Source of the DNA: Leptogorgia sarmentosa
Lineage: Eukaryota
Direction: 5' to 3'
NCBI GenBank assembly: GCA_964658305.1
Contig: OZ210886.1
Span: 806,001 to 870,000, forward strand
DNA length: 64,000 nt
Shown: positions 36,541 through 48,461 of the stretch, piece after piece
Position numbering within the stretch: position 1 is the stretch's first letter
How the letters are laid out: each line of letters opens with the position of its first letter
Program-made: the position numbers and the translations under genes
The notes under the pieces: generated by a model
Databases searched by the model: none
What the model was told of the DNA's origin: nothing
Seen by the model: the letters and a program-made list of their open reading frames with translations, nothing else

Positions 36541-37564
36541 CTAGATGAAATGTATAGGAAACTATAAAGGCTGGTTTGTGCAGAACTTACCTACCGTACG
36601 TACCTTCGTACGCACTGTGTGATATTTCCAGAATAATTTAATGATAAATTAAGCGCTATAATAAGAGGTCTTTTACATAATTTTACATGGTCGACTTATT
36701 GTCTATATTTATATATGTATCTATATTTATATAACAAAAATTTTAATTATTTGGTCGGAAGGGATGATCTATTTAGGGCGTAGTAAAACACTTCAAAAGC
36801 TGTGAAGCAACGAAGGAGAAATTGTATATTTCCATCACAAATGGTGTTTCCTAAGACAAATGGACAATCTGATTTTTCCTACTAAAATGTTATAGTGGGC
36901 AGTGTAAGTCCTCCACGGAATTTCAAGGGATGAAGTTTTGCTCTTTTCTGTTTCAATTATGGCTACATAGACGTCATAATGTGGCGAGAACATCAGTAAA
37001 CCCCTCGGGTAAATGGCGTGCAGGCCGTTGCTCTTACGACATAATGACGTCATACTATGATATATATATACTTTAATAACTTTATAACTTCCCTCTAATT
37101 ATGCACAAGTATTTTCAATTGGTCCTCAAACTTGTTCCCGTGCTTGCAAAAATGAGCACGATATCTTGTACATTTAAAAACCAGTTTAAATTCTTCGCTT
37201 TAATTCAAAATTCGTTTTGGGTTGTCTTTCTTATGTTGTATAGATATACTACTTAAGTAAGATAATGAATTACTGGACGGTTACAAATAGTTAAAGACAT
37301 TTACAATTGTCTGAAAAAATAATTGTTAAAGAGTTAGGTATAGGTGTGACAAATCTTGACACAGTCGAATATTCGAAGAAATAACCCACACATTCTGGAA
37401 CCTCACTGGAACAAAGACGGGATTGACATCACGTTTCATCAAATATTTTTGGTTGTTTAAAATTCCTGTCATTCCTAAAGTACTATTTATAGGTTTTCTA
37501 TATATGATATAGTTATCTAAATTTAAATGGTGTATAGTATTAATAATAAATAATGTAATAGTAT

Positions 37565-37726
37565 ACAAATAATGAATGTTTATGAGTGCAATGGTAAGAA
37601 TATTTTCATAAGGTGAAAGATGGAATGTTCTATTCAACGAGGCGAAGCCGAGTTGAATGGAACATTCCATCTTTCACCGAATGAAAATATTCTTTCCATT
37701 GCACGAAATAAACATTCATTATTTGT
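37565..37726. repeat. Long palindrome with central GAGGCGAAGCCGAG loop (interspersed hairpin repeat)
   Basis: acaaataatgaatgtttat...gatggaatgttctattcaac-gaggcgaagccga-gttgaatggaacattccatc...ataaacattcattatttgt. Confidence 0.8.
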
Positions 37727-39355
37727 TTTATATGACACCAAAATAAATCATTGACACGAAATGCCCGCCATTTTGCTTCGTTAGTTTACTAAATAAAATT
37801 CCATCGCTCACATGGTCGCGCCACGTTCATGGATTCGCCATTAAATGCGTGCGATAATAACATTTTGAGTGATTGAAAATAATTAAAACCACCGTGCAAT
37901 GGAAAGAAATATTTGCACGGTTCCATTGCACGATCATGAAAATGGAATTTCTATTTTATATCACGTGATCGTAAATAACCAATTAAATCGCGTTAATTTA
38001 ACCAAGTGTTATATAATAGCTAATAATAATGATGACTATATACACTGTTGGACAATTTTCTCTCATGACTGAAACTGTGTTCAAGAAAATAATTTTAACC
38101 AAAAGACACCCATCAGGAAAGCTTAACTGATATCGAAATATGATTTTCAAATGTGGTTATTTATAATATATTTAACAATAATTGAATATAATACATAAAA
38201 TATTTATATTGAGGAAACCACGATAGCCAGGAAAACCGTTCTACTGTATATAGCAGCACGCATAGAGAAGTTACTATTGCTTCGTTTCGACGATTTCACT
38301 TCCTTAAGGCGTAAGGTTCACATGTCAAAGTGAAAGATTTATTGTGAAGCATTTATAAAAGTATTATTATATTGATCATGCACATATATCATAACAAAGC
38401 AAAATCGTGTGTGGCTGAACTTAAAGTGAATATAACCGAATCAGTGGTATTGTATGCATACAGTATTTCATTGGTTTAAAAAGGCCAACATTCAACTGGC
38501 ATTCAATATGTGGAAGCATAAATTTTATGTGTCTTTCTCATACTTTGAAACAAAATTATACTGGAGATCGCGGCATTTCTACTTGAAGAATTAAACTATG
38601 CTATCCAGGTTTTTTTAAACATAAAATATTTGTCTTCTTTTTTGTTAAAAAGAACAAAAACCACGACAGGACGTGCATGTATTGCATTTTTTCAAGTAAT
38701 ACATTTCAAATCACAAAGCAAATAATAGTATATATATATATGTAGTCATGGTCAAAGAAAATTTGTTTTTGTATCTTTGAAGCCTTACCATGCAAGAACC
38801 ACGGTACGAAATATCGAAGTTCTAGTTTCAAATTCTCAACTCATTGCACGATTGGCACATTTTCATATAAGGTTCAATGGTTCATAGCACTGTTCATAGT
38901 TCTTATTGCCCACTTTTCACGCTAGGGATTGTTTTGTTTCAAAATATGCACCGAACATCTAAATTATGCGAGATTACTCCTTACTTATTCAGCAAGAGAC
39001 AATTAATTCTTTAGCGCGCTGTCGTTAGCGGATGTAATTTAAAGGTTTTGTATCTCAAGCATTTCCGAGTTTGGGGCTATAAATGCCAACGGGAATTTTC
39101 CATTCAAACACAATATCACCAAAAAGCTGTTTATTATTACAATCTCAAATAGTTTAATATTCATTTGGTATTCTTTTTTATTTCTTCATAGTTCATTTAG
39201 ATACAGGTTTTTGATATTGAAATTCGAGTATACAAAAATACTTTACAATAATATTTATATATATTATATATACAGATTTTTAATATTATACAAATAAAGG
39301 ATGTTATGACTACATATATGTACAGTACTGTAGGTGTAATTTATTATCACTTTAG

Positions 39356-40114
39356 TTATTCCATGTGTTCGTAGAAAAAATTGCGCAATTCTCTTTTTAA
39401 TATTCCAGGCAATGGCAGGAGGTCTATAGAGTGCGTATTGCTATGCGAAACCCTAATATTTTTGATAATTGAGTTCATAGCAATATCTTGTAAAGATTTC
39501 GCACGGTGTCTGGAGACAAGTTTACCCATAATGTTATACTTTTCCGTGTAGATCCTTTCCCACTCCTCCAGATTCGTTTTTTGGATATCATTAAGGTCCG
39601 AGAGATCGTCATAATCAGAACGCAATGAATTTACATCAAAAGATAAAGTCGCAAATGCGCGACTAGCATCTCGTCCCGCTAACATTTTATAGCATCCACC
39701 GGAATCAAATTGCTTCTTATCTTTGGTTACATCAAATATCTTGCCGTTTAACGCGATATAGATCGTTCCATTTGAGCCATTATAACAATTCAGTTCAGAC
39801 AGCGAATACTCTCTTAATTCAAACAATGATGATGTCTCGATCATTCGGGATGTTTCTCTACCTTGCGGTTCCTGTTTCTTCAAGATATTCTTCCAGTAAA
39901 CACAACACGCTGTAAAACATAGGCCAAATACGAGTAGAAAATCGAACAATCCTTCCCGTATATCACGATCTTTTGTCTGATTTTCACCCGTAAGTATTGT
40001 GGTTTGAATGCTTATCCCGAAGCTTAGCAACATGGATGTTAGCCATGTGATGTCCATGTTATTCATTTGTTTGCCAATCACACTACTCGACTTTATATAC
40101 ATACCACATCCCAT
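39356..40114 (-). CDS. Intronless PGRMC-like membrane-associated progesterone receptor (MAPR) family protein with a C-terminal SOCS box, up to 252 aa
   Basis: TM segment GLFDFLLVFGLCFTACCVYW. Cytochrome-b5-like domain YSLSELNCYNG..IYIALNGKIFDVT..YKMLAGRDASRAFAT..YDDLSDL..LEEWERIYTEKYNIMGKL. Tail KSLQDIAMNSI..IDLLPLPGILKREL. The true start may be a downstream Met. Confidence 0.9.
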   Translation of the reverse strand: MGCGMYIKSSSVIGKQMNNMDITWLTSMLLSFGISIQTTILTGENQTKDRDIREGLFDFLLVFGLCFTACCVYWKNILKKQEPQGRETSRMIETSSLFELREYSLSELNCYNGSNGTIYIALNGKIFDVTKDKKQFDSGGCYKMLAGRDASRAFATLSFDVNSLRSDYDDLSDLNDIQKTNLEEWERIYTEKYNIMGKLVSRHRAKSLQDIAMNSIIKNIRVSHSNTHSIDLLPLPGILKRELRNFFYEHME

Positions 40115-42702
40115 ATTTTCTTTTTATTTACGTTTACGTTTTTACAATAACACTACTTGGTAAATTGTGGCGATTATAAACTTGATATGGTCCAGGCGAC
40201 CAGTGTCTCCAATGGCAATGACTCTATGAGTTTTCTCTTACTGCTTGTCGATATATATTGTCGACCGCCTGCTGTCAAGCTTCAGTGCCGCAAACAGGTG
40301 GGAGACCGGAAGAGACAAACGTGTGTTTTGTCTTCTTTTGTTTGCTCCTGCTGCTTTGCTTCTTGTGTTCTCGGCTATCCCTTGGTCGTGTGAGGTTATA
40401 TTAAGATCCCACAATCTTTTCTTATTGTGTTATTTTGGGAACGAAAAGAGTTATTTCTGAACCGATATGTATGACTGCATGTACGTGTCGTATTCTCTAT
40501 TAGAGCTTTGCTCTTTTACCGAGCCGCAATCCTTTATGTCGTTAACGCATCACTATTGCGATGTGTTTATATAATTATATCGGTTCCGTACGTACTTAGG
40601 AAAGTCAGAATACTGAGTATAGATAATACATTGTTGGCGTTATGGTTGGCTGTTGTCATAGAAACAACACGAATACAAGCATCAGTATTACTGTGAAGAG
40701 GAATCAGTAATAAGACACAGATATAATTGATATGTGTATTATCTTTGAGTGAAGAAGCCAATATTTTCGAGACAGCAGATAAGAAGGAGGTTGTACTTTA
40801 TGAAATGTGGCTGCCAGTCATGCTGGATTAACAGGATTAACAAGCAAAAAAATTGTATGAGGCAGAATAGTTGGAAGTCTTTGGAACAAAGCGAGTGCAT
40901 TCTTGGAATACTAAAAAGTTGGAATAAAAAGAGTGCCGATACTTACATCCGGAGTCTTAAGACCTGGGCAAAGAATCGTCTCATTATGGAATAAAGAGCT
41001 TGTTCTAGCGCCAATATACTGGAGGAACTTTATACAAAGCGAACATAATGAATTATTCTTATAGTGTCTATGTTTGGATAAGCTAAGTGGTAGGTAGTAT
41101 GAAAGCAATGTTGGGCTGGGTTATAACAGCTGAGTTGAGCTAGAAATTTCTGGCCTAGTGCTTAGAGTTGTACTGTGCACATTATTGTACATACTGTAAA
41201 TTCTTTGCTTATGTAGCGGGCATAAATTGAAATTTAGAGGCAAATTCTGTGAGCATGTTCTTTTTTCTTTCGTTTCTCACCCTTTACATCATATTGAAAT
41301 AATGCGTATCAAACAATTGAGTAACAGAATGCAGAAAAATGTCACTTTTCGTGACACTAAACACGTGAAAAAAAGAGGAATATATGTTAAATAGTGCATG
41401 CATCAAGTATTCATGAACGAAAGGATTGCTACTCCAACCCCGTTCCCTCCCGTTCCAAAGCTTTTTCCTCTTAGCTATATGGCTGCTCCTGTTTGATAAT
41501 CATCTCTTGGCTGATTGTAGATTATTTGGAAGTCTCGGGAACCTGTACGTTCTAGGTTCTACCATTACCTGAACGATACAATAAGATCTGACGTTTCGAC
41601 CAAAGGTCCTTTGTCGAGAATTAGGAAACGAAGGGCCTATGCTCTGAACGTCGAATCTGCTTACTGTATCGTTTGGGTAGTGAGCAGAAGTTTTGCTGGT
41701 TGTGGATGTTGTTATCTCATTACATCAGCTAGCAAATATTTTTTATTACTGTATATATGTAATATGTTTAGGGGCATCTATTCTAATAATCAATACTCAT
41801 AAGCTGAAATTGCAGATAGAGTCTGCAACCGTGTGCTGATCCTCGTTCCCTTTATGCTGTTCATAAAACAAAAAACGTCAGGAAGGTATTGGCGGCATAG
41901 GCCATCATATACACATGGAAGAAACATGAAGTCTTCATGAACATAAGATATATCGTGAGGTCGTCGATGGTCAAGCGGTAAAAAACACATCCGCTACTTG
42001 ACAATACACACTTTGATTCGCACACCCTTTCCGTTCCTCACGTGGAATAAACCTTCGGTGCACTTGTAACGATGCCAATTACAGAGCTTCAGAGAGGTAA
42101 ACAGGGCTGGAGTTGCACGCCATCCATAATTCTCGAAAACAAATCATTAAATACATTTCATGGCTTTTGTTGAGATTGTTGATAGGATTTGTAACCTAAT
42201 TGGTCGCTATCCTGTTTTCCAGAACTAGTTCCTAGTCGTCTATATGATGTTATTGATCTCGTCTAACAAGTCTTCATTTTTTTCCAATAAAACCCGCAGT
42301 AAACGACTGTTCACGTGATACGATTATATATTATATTCTTTACGATACTACACGTGGCTAGCCGGTAAACACGACTGTCTTTGGGGTTGGGACTTGGGGG
42401 ACTTGGGGGACTTGGGGGAGGGGAAGAAGACAGAAGTTCTTTTCTCGCTCTCCTTCGCACCCCATTACAAGAACGTCTGTTTGCAGGCTACCACGTGGCC
42501 GGAACGAACGACCTATACCAGGCACTTGGTTCCTTGCGCGCGCCCACCTGATCTATATATATATTTGTCTGGATTCTTTCTTAATCTGGGTACGAGGCTG
42601 TGTATGCATGCACACCAGCACACCTACCGAGACCGAGGCCTCAAGGAAGGTTGTGAAGCACTGAGACTAGAACGAAAATGGATGTGAATATGGAACTTGA
42701 GA

Positions 42703-43028
42703 CAGGGGCGTAGGAAGCGGGGGGGCCGGGGGCCCCCCCAAAAATTTAAAAGGGGGGGGCCGAGATAGCTTTTGCCCCCCCCCCCCCCCATTAAGAGGTG
42801 GACCAGCTGGTGTATTTGGTTTGCAAACTGTGCGATTAGTTCGCAAGCTGTGGTTGTACTACATCTAAGACCTCTAGACTCTATTCTGAGTGTTAAGGCT
42901 TTGGTTAACACTCTGAAATGGCCGTTTCCGGCGATCTAGAGGCTCTAAATTGTCTCGCTCGACGCCAACCATGGTGGCGTCTCGTGAGACTCGGACCCCC
43001 CAATCTTCAAACCGTTCCTACGCCCCTG
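42703..43028. mobile_element. hAT-type MITE with 8-bp TSD ACTTGAGA
   Basis: caggggcgtaggaa...ttcctacgcccctg, with acttgaga at 42695-42702 and 43029-43036; G/C homopolymer runs inside. Confidence 0.92.
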
Positions 43029-43848
43029 ACTTGAGAAACAGAATGGGGGGCTTTAAGAACATTTTAATTTCGCAAAAAGACCGAACGAAGTGCACAAACC
43101 ATGACCTCGAGGAAGAAAACACTCGAGAGAAACTTACTGTGCAAGTGGAACAATACCTACTTGTGCGAGACAAAAGTCTTAAGTTGAAAACTTCGTCTTC
43201 CTTCCTGTCCTTTGAGCAATCTTTAGTTGACAAAACGAACTTATACACTTTTTTGATAGACTAAATACTAAATGCTATAGCATTATTAGCATAGATCAAC
43301 GTGGAAGCAAAATGCCGTGGGTACCGAGGTTGCTACTTTCTATATGAGGAAAATTCTCCATAAACATCTCAAATTTACAGTTTACCCATGACAAATTACC
43401 AACGCCTCACACCTCAATGGTAAATGAAAACCAAGCCCCTAATCCCTGGTTCAAAGAATCTATTTGGGAGCTCATTTAAACCTTTTCAGTCAAAAAATGA
43501 AACGAGCGTTATTTCAGTTCGCTGGGCCTTTTTCTGTTGACCATTTCCGAACGTGCAGAGGACTGGGTTTAGTCGCTTGTGCAGGGACAAAAATAAACAA
43601 TACGCCGAAATGGCATCTATGAAGTTTTCCTAAAGTTTTTTTGTGCAGCCTGAAATGCAATAATTATAATTGAGGCATCCCCTAATATAAATTATATTTA
43701 TTTCGCTCACTATAACTTGTCCCCTCAAACATCAAATAGAGCCAGTCCTTTGCTCGATTTGGAGATTTCCAACAGTCTCCAACTGTTTACTCTGTGGGAA
43801 AGTCTTGGGTTAGCTGTGTATTTTTTACAAGAAGCTTAAATATTCAAA

Positions 43849-46800
43849 ATGGCGAGCAAAACAGGTAGAGCTGTGTCGTCGAAAGGAAGACTTATTGCTG
43901 TGATTGGAGACGAAGTTAGTGGTATTTTCGTTATTATTGTTACTAGTATGAGATTAGAAAGGTACTGAGATCATGTCATTTATACAGGATACGTGCACTG
44001 GCTTTCTCCTGGGAGGAATTGGTGAAATTAATGATAAAAGACAGAAAAACTTTTTTGTTGTAACTAAAGGTAGGAATGACATATTTTCTCTATTAATAAT
44101 TTACTTTCTGAAGTCGCATTTTGATCAATAACTTTCTTTTACGCTTACTGTATTTAACTGAGCCAGCAGCAGTGTCCCAGACAATGGTGTGTTTCTCAAT
44201 TATAAAGGTCATGTGATTAAACAAAATGTGTTCATCAGGGTCGTTTACCCATTAACATGAAATGGAGCTCAAAATTTGGATTGAAATTCCTGTCTAGGGC
44301 AGGCATGTTTCATTTACCAGAAGACCAGAAGCTTTAAAAATTGAAAATCTCAGTAGGCAGTATTATAAATTCCAGCCTTCACAAAGAGCCTGTAACTAGT
44401 GTAGCCTGTAACTAGTGTAGCCTGTAATGTGATAATACTTTTCTGTATATATTATGTAATCAAAAGTATAGTGCAAAATTTGCAAACTGCATATTATTGT
44501 ATTTACCAAATTTTACAATATTTTGCAAAGAAACCTCACAATTTTAGTTTAGGATGCCTGTTAACCCAGTTATGCTAATGATTAGTAACTAATTCCAGTT
44601 CCCATTTTACCCCTTCAGGACCCTCAAAACGCGTCAGTACTGAGCGACTCTTTTCAGCTTCAGATGAACCATTGATTTGTAAAATTTTGTATGATTTTTT
44701 GCTAAACATAAACACAGAAAAAGTTGCAGAAAGTATTCAGTTATAAATGAAATTGAAACGCCATGAGTGGACAGATTATCAATGACGTACATGTATTCAA
44801 ATTTTGCACATAGGTTCTAAAGTGCAACTAATATACCATACCAATAGATATGTAATTTTAATTGGAACATATACAATGTGTAATATCCTAAAACGAGCAA
44901 TTTCTCAACTATCAGGCTACGGCTATACCAAGAACAGCGACATTTCCGTCCTTTGTAATTCTGACAGTTAACGTGTGGTTTCCAGGCCTTACTCCTGTAG
45001 CCACAGGTACCACTACTGTCTGGCGTTGGCGAGTCTTAGGATATATACGTTTCCTTGCATCACTGTCCAACCAAACCTCAAATTCTCCGCTGTCACGACT
45101 GCTACGAGTAAACATGTTGACTGATGAAACCGAGGGTGAGACATCTGGAACCTCAAATAAAAATGTAATTTCAGAATCTTTCGTCTTTCCACGCCAGCAA
45201 GTAAAACAATCAGTCCGATGTACCTCACCACGATAGCTGGGGCTTATTATTGGTATGTCTTCCGTGTGATCGAATCCTTTTCTTTTCAAAATAGAAACTT
45301 TTAGAGTGTTCCTTGTCTTAAATTTTCTATCTGGTGCAAGTCCCGTCCAACATAGAGCATTTTTGATGATTCTGAATGGGGGTTTAATGTACTTCGGCGG
45401 AGGCAAGGGTTCGGACTTTGATACATTGGGTGATGTGTAACAATCATTGGTAGTTCTGTGTGTGACGACGTGGCTGTCATTGAGTAGTCTTCTTATTGAT
45501 TTCGTAATCACTTGAATGATCATGAAGGCGGCTTGAGCATGCCCTACTAAACTCATATGATACTTATCTTTGGCTTGATGTTTAACCGCCTTCGCTGTTA
45601 TCTGGAAATGCCCCGACCTGAATTCACAAGCAAGATTTCGCAGATTAAATGTAGTGATATTATAAAGATCAGTTACAAGTGATTGGCCAAGATCCATTAA
45701 ATTAAAACAACCACAACTTCGATTCCTCGTAAGAAAGAAGTTTACAAACATTACTGCATAGTGATTTGGTTCGCTCAGTAATTGTCGTGTAAATTGTTCT
45801 AATGGCAAGCTTTCATTCATATGGTCTAAATTCTTTAATTTTACTGCTACTCCGTCATTGACTGATGAATCTAGTATAACGAGGTCAACATTATTATGAT
45901 CAAGGTAAACCTTATAGCAAAACTGATAGTAGCTGCTTGATGTTCCACCAATACCAACAATTTTCACATTTAAACTCGATCCAGTCACTGGTGTGATGAC
46001 ACTTTTCCACCAGCCTTCTAATATATTAGGAAATCGTCCTTTTATACTATTTTCATCCTCCTGAAGACCCCCGCCTGCGGTGTTAGATCCCCCGTAAACA
46101 ACCACATTAACGGTCTCTCCGTGTAGAACTTTCCTTGCGGTCCTGTCCAACCGTTTGTTATTCTCATATTTAATGACAGACCAAAAATTGCTTTTTTTCA
46201 GATACAAGTCGTTTAATGATGAGAAGCGTTTTTGTAACGGCCATTCAGATAACACATCTTTATTAAGCACCTGGTCAAGTAATTTCATCACAGTAGTTTC
46301 GTTACATTTCAAGGGCGTTTTATTTTCTGTATCTAAATGGCTTGTTTTTGACATTTGAGTAACAACAAAAACGGAGATTAGGAGTATTGCTTGATATAAC
46401 ATTGTCTTGGCCATGGTTTCTGTTTGTGTTTTTAATAATCTTTCTTTAGGGAGAACTTAAATGATCATCTAGCAACATGTGGGCAATTGTTCATGCTCAT
46501 CTGCCATACTGCTGGGATAATGCCGCACCCGTTGCTAATCAATATCGACAAATCACCGAATATAATAAATAACTGTTGTAATTAATTTTTTCATTGTTTA
46601 ATAATAAAAAGTGGCTTAACATACAATGCCACCTGAATTTAACACCGTAAAAACCGTACTTAAAAACAATACGTTTTAGCGTTTGGATTTATAGGATAGA
46701 ACAAAATTATTTTGAACTGTCTTATCAACTCCTATTTCATTTCTCTTTGGGTCAGGTTATTGTTCTAATCATCACCTGCATTTGTATCGTTGTTCGAATT

Positions 46801-47966
46801 GAAAATATCACTGTTAACTCAATTCGAGATTTATAACAATTAAAAAATAGGGGAGTATGTGAGCACGAATAGCAAATTCACATAGAGTCATTAATCATAG
46901 GACTTCACTGGCCAATAATCTGGGGCAGTGCCAATTAATTTAAAATCCGTTCACTTCTCGGTGGAAGGATTATAACAGTGTCACGTTATTTATAGCAGTA
47001 TATTTATGTGTTTTTAGATACGTCTGTTAGTGAAATTGAAGAGACATTCAAGGGATTTACAAATCGTAGCGATATCGCTATCATATTAATTAACCAAGTG
47101 GTAAGTATGAAAACATTTCTCGAGAATTGACCACTAACTACGGATGTAGCAACCTCGTACCCAGGGTTTTTTTCTCTTGCTCAAGGCTCTGGGTACGTGG
47201 TTGCGGATGTAGATGTACTTGTGGATGTGAGCAAGCGTGAGTAATGTGTATTTGGGATGGTAATGCCTGCCAATTTCACATGTGTAAAATTTCCACTCAA
47301 TAAAAAGCCCCCATTGATTTGCAGGCATAACCATCCCAAATACATATTGATGAAGTATGTATTCTCCCGTAGCTTATAATGGTCGGAGTAGTGCCCTGGC
47401 TCGCACAGGCGTAGGTCACATTCCTGCCGTTCTGTTCCCGTTTGTTGAGAATAACTTGAATTAATTTCCAGGTAGCAGAAGAAATTCGCCATGTTTTAGA
47501 CTCCTATGCAGAAGCAGTTCCAGCTGTGTTAGAAATACCTTCAAAACATCATCCTTATGATCCTTCAAAAGATTCCATCTTGCGGAGAGCCAAGGTAGGC
47601 AATAGTAATGGTAACTCGTTTTGTAGTGTTCTGTTACTGTATCTAACCATTGATAAGCACTAGCGACATCCAATATTCGTAAACAAATTTAACAAAAACT
47701 AATATCTGGATAACAATTGTTCAATTCAAAAATCATTTTTTCCCTAGCCCTGTGTGATTGACGCTATTTGAGCAACCGGCTTTTAAGATCACGAATGATT
47801 CCTTGTCTTGGGTGGGATTTGTAGTTGTATATCTGGGTTTCCAAACTAGACTCTAGACTATACCCAATGAGCCAAGATGACGCTTGAACCTAAATGTAAA
47901 TTTATAAAATGATACAGTCACGTTTTGTTTCTTTAGGGTCTGTTTTGTGCAGAAGATTTCAAGTAA
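43849..47966 (+). CDS. ATP6V1F: V-type proton ATPase subunit F, 127 aa, 5 exons
   Basis: Exons 43849-43914, 43988-44069, 47018-47100, 47472-47594 and 47937-47966. [23 protein letters not shown]...[15 protein letters not shown]...[28 protein letters not shown]. Confidence 0.97.
44912..46414 (-). CDS. Secreted or membrane-anchored SGNH/GDSL-type hydrolase, 500 aa, intronless, nested antisense in ATP6V1F intron 2
   Basis: 1.5-kb open frame with an N-terminal hydrophobic segment. Block [10 protein letters not shown], block II GIGGTSS, block [14 protein letters not shown], block V DKYH. Beta-rich C-terminal domain (FEVWLD...GNHTLTVRI). Confidence 0.85.
   Translation of the reverse strand: MAKTMLYQAILLISVFVVTQMSKTSHLDTENKTPLKCNETTVMKLLDQVLNKDVLSEWPLQKRFSSLNDLYLKKSNFWSVIKYENNKRLDRTARKVLHGETVNVVVYGGSNTAGGGLQEDENSIKGRFPNILEGWWKSVITPVTGSSLNVKIVGIGGTSSSYYQFCYKVYLDHNNVDLVILDSSVNDGVAVKLKNLDHMNESLPLEQFTRQLLSEPNHYAVMFVNFFLTRNRSCGCFNLMDLGQSLVTDLYNITTFNLRNLACEFRSGHFQITAKAVKHQAKDKYHMSLVGHAQAAFMIIQVITKSIRRLLNDSHVVTHRTTNDCYTSPNVSKSEPLPPPKYIKPPFRIIKNALCWTGLAPDRKFKTRNTLKVSILKRKGFDHTEDIPIISPSYRGEVHRTDCFTCWRGKTKDSEITFLFEVPDVSPSVSSVNMFTRSSRDSGEFEVWLDSDARKRIYPKTRQRQTVVVPVATGVRPGNHTLTVRITKDGNVAVLGIAVA
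47150..47203. mobile_element. 54-bp micro-element with 9-bp TSD CGGATGTAG
   Basis: caacctcgtacccag...ctgggtacgtggttg flanked by cggatgtag at 47141-47149 and 47204-47212. Related termini occur near 30973, 34771-34828, 42585 and 43318. Confidence 0.8.
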
Positions 47967-48327
47967 AAACTTTATTTATTATTACCAATAGTTAATGTAA
48001 TTAATGTAATGAATATAATTCCAATATAAACTGAATACGAGGGGAATTTTTGTTGACTAATGCACTTTGACTTTGTTACATGCCGTCACGTCGTATTTAG
48101 TGTGGTGTGACGTGCTGTCACACTTTGTTAACTCATGGACATAACTGAATGCTTTTGTATTAATTTTAACAAGCTAGGATAAATTAGTTTCCAATCATAC
48201 TGTATAACATTGTTAACCATGGCAAATACGAGAGGTTGTCCAACCATGCATACCCATAATCTTCAGCTCTGTTCCTTAGAAGTCCACAGAAAGATACGCT
48301 TGGACCATTGAACTAAATATAGTTTTT

Positions 48328-48461
48328 CTTCAGTAACGAACAAGAACAGCAGGGAGGATAATCTCACTACCCCGACGAAGGCCCTTCGGTCGAAACGTCG
48401 AATCTGTTTTATCGTTTAGGTAGTGAGATTATCCTTCCTGCTCTTGGTCGTTATCCTGAAG
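48328..48461 (+). repeat. Hairpin repeat enclosing a minimal hammerhead-like motif (Penelope/retrozyme-like)
   Basis: Arms cttcagtaacgaacaagaacagcagggaggataatctcactacc / ggtagtgagattatccttcctgctcttggtcgttatcctgaag surround CCGACGA-aggcc-cttc-ggtc-GAAACGTC. Confidence 0.5.

Noticed and set aside
42383..42423. G-quadruplex-like run (GGGG-TT-GGG-(ACTT-GGGGG)3); another at ~20374-20392
   Set aside because: It could fold, but nothing ties it to function, and it resembles local simple-repeat expansion.
40157..43264. Several 60-104 aa ORFs between the MAPR-SOCS gene and ATP6V1F
   Set aside because: They have no recognisable domains, and some overlap the hAT MITE or the hairpin repeats.
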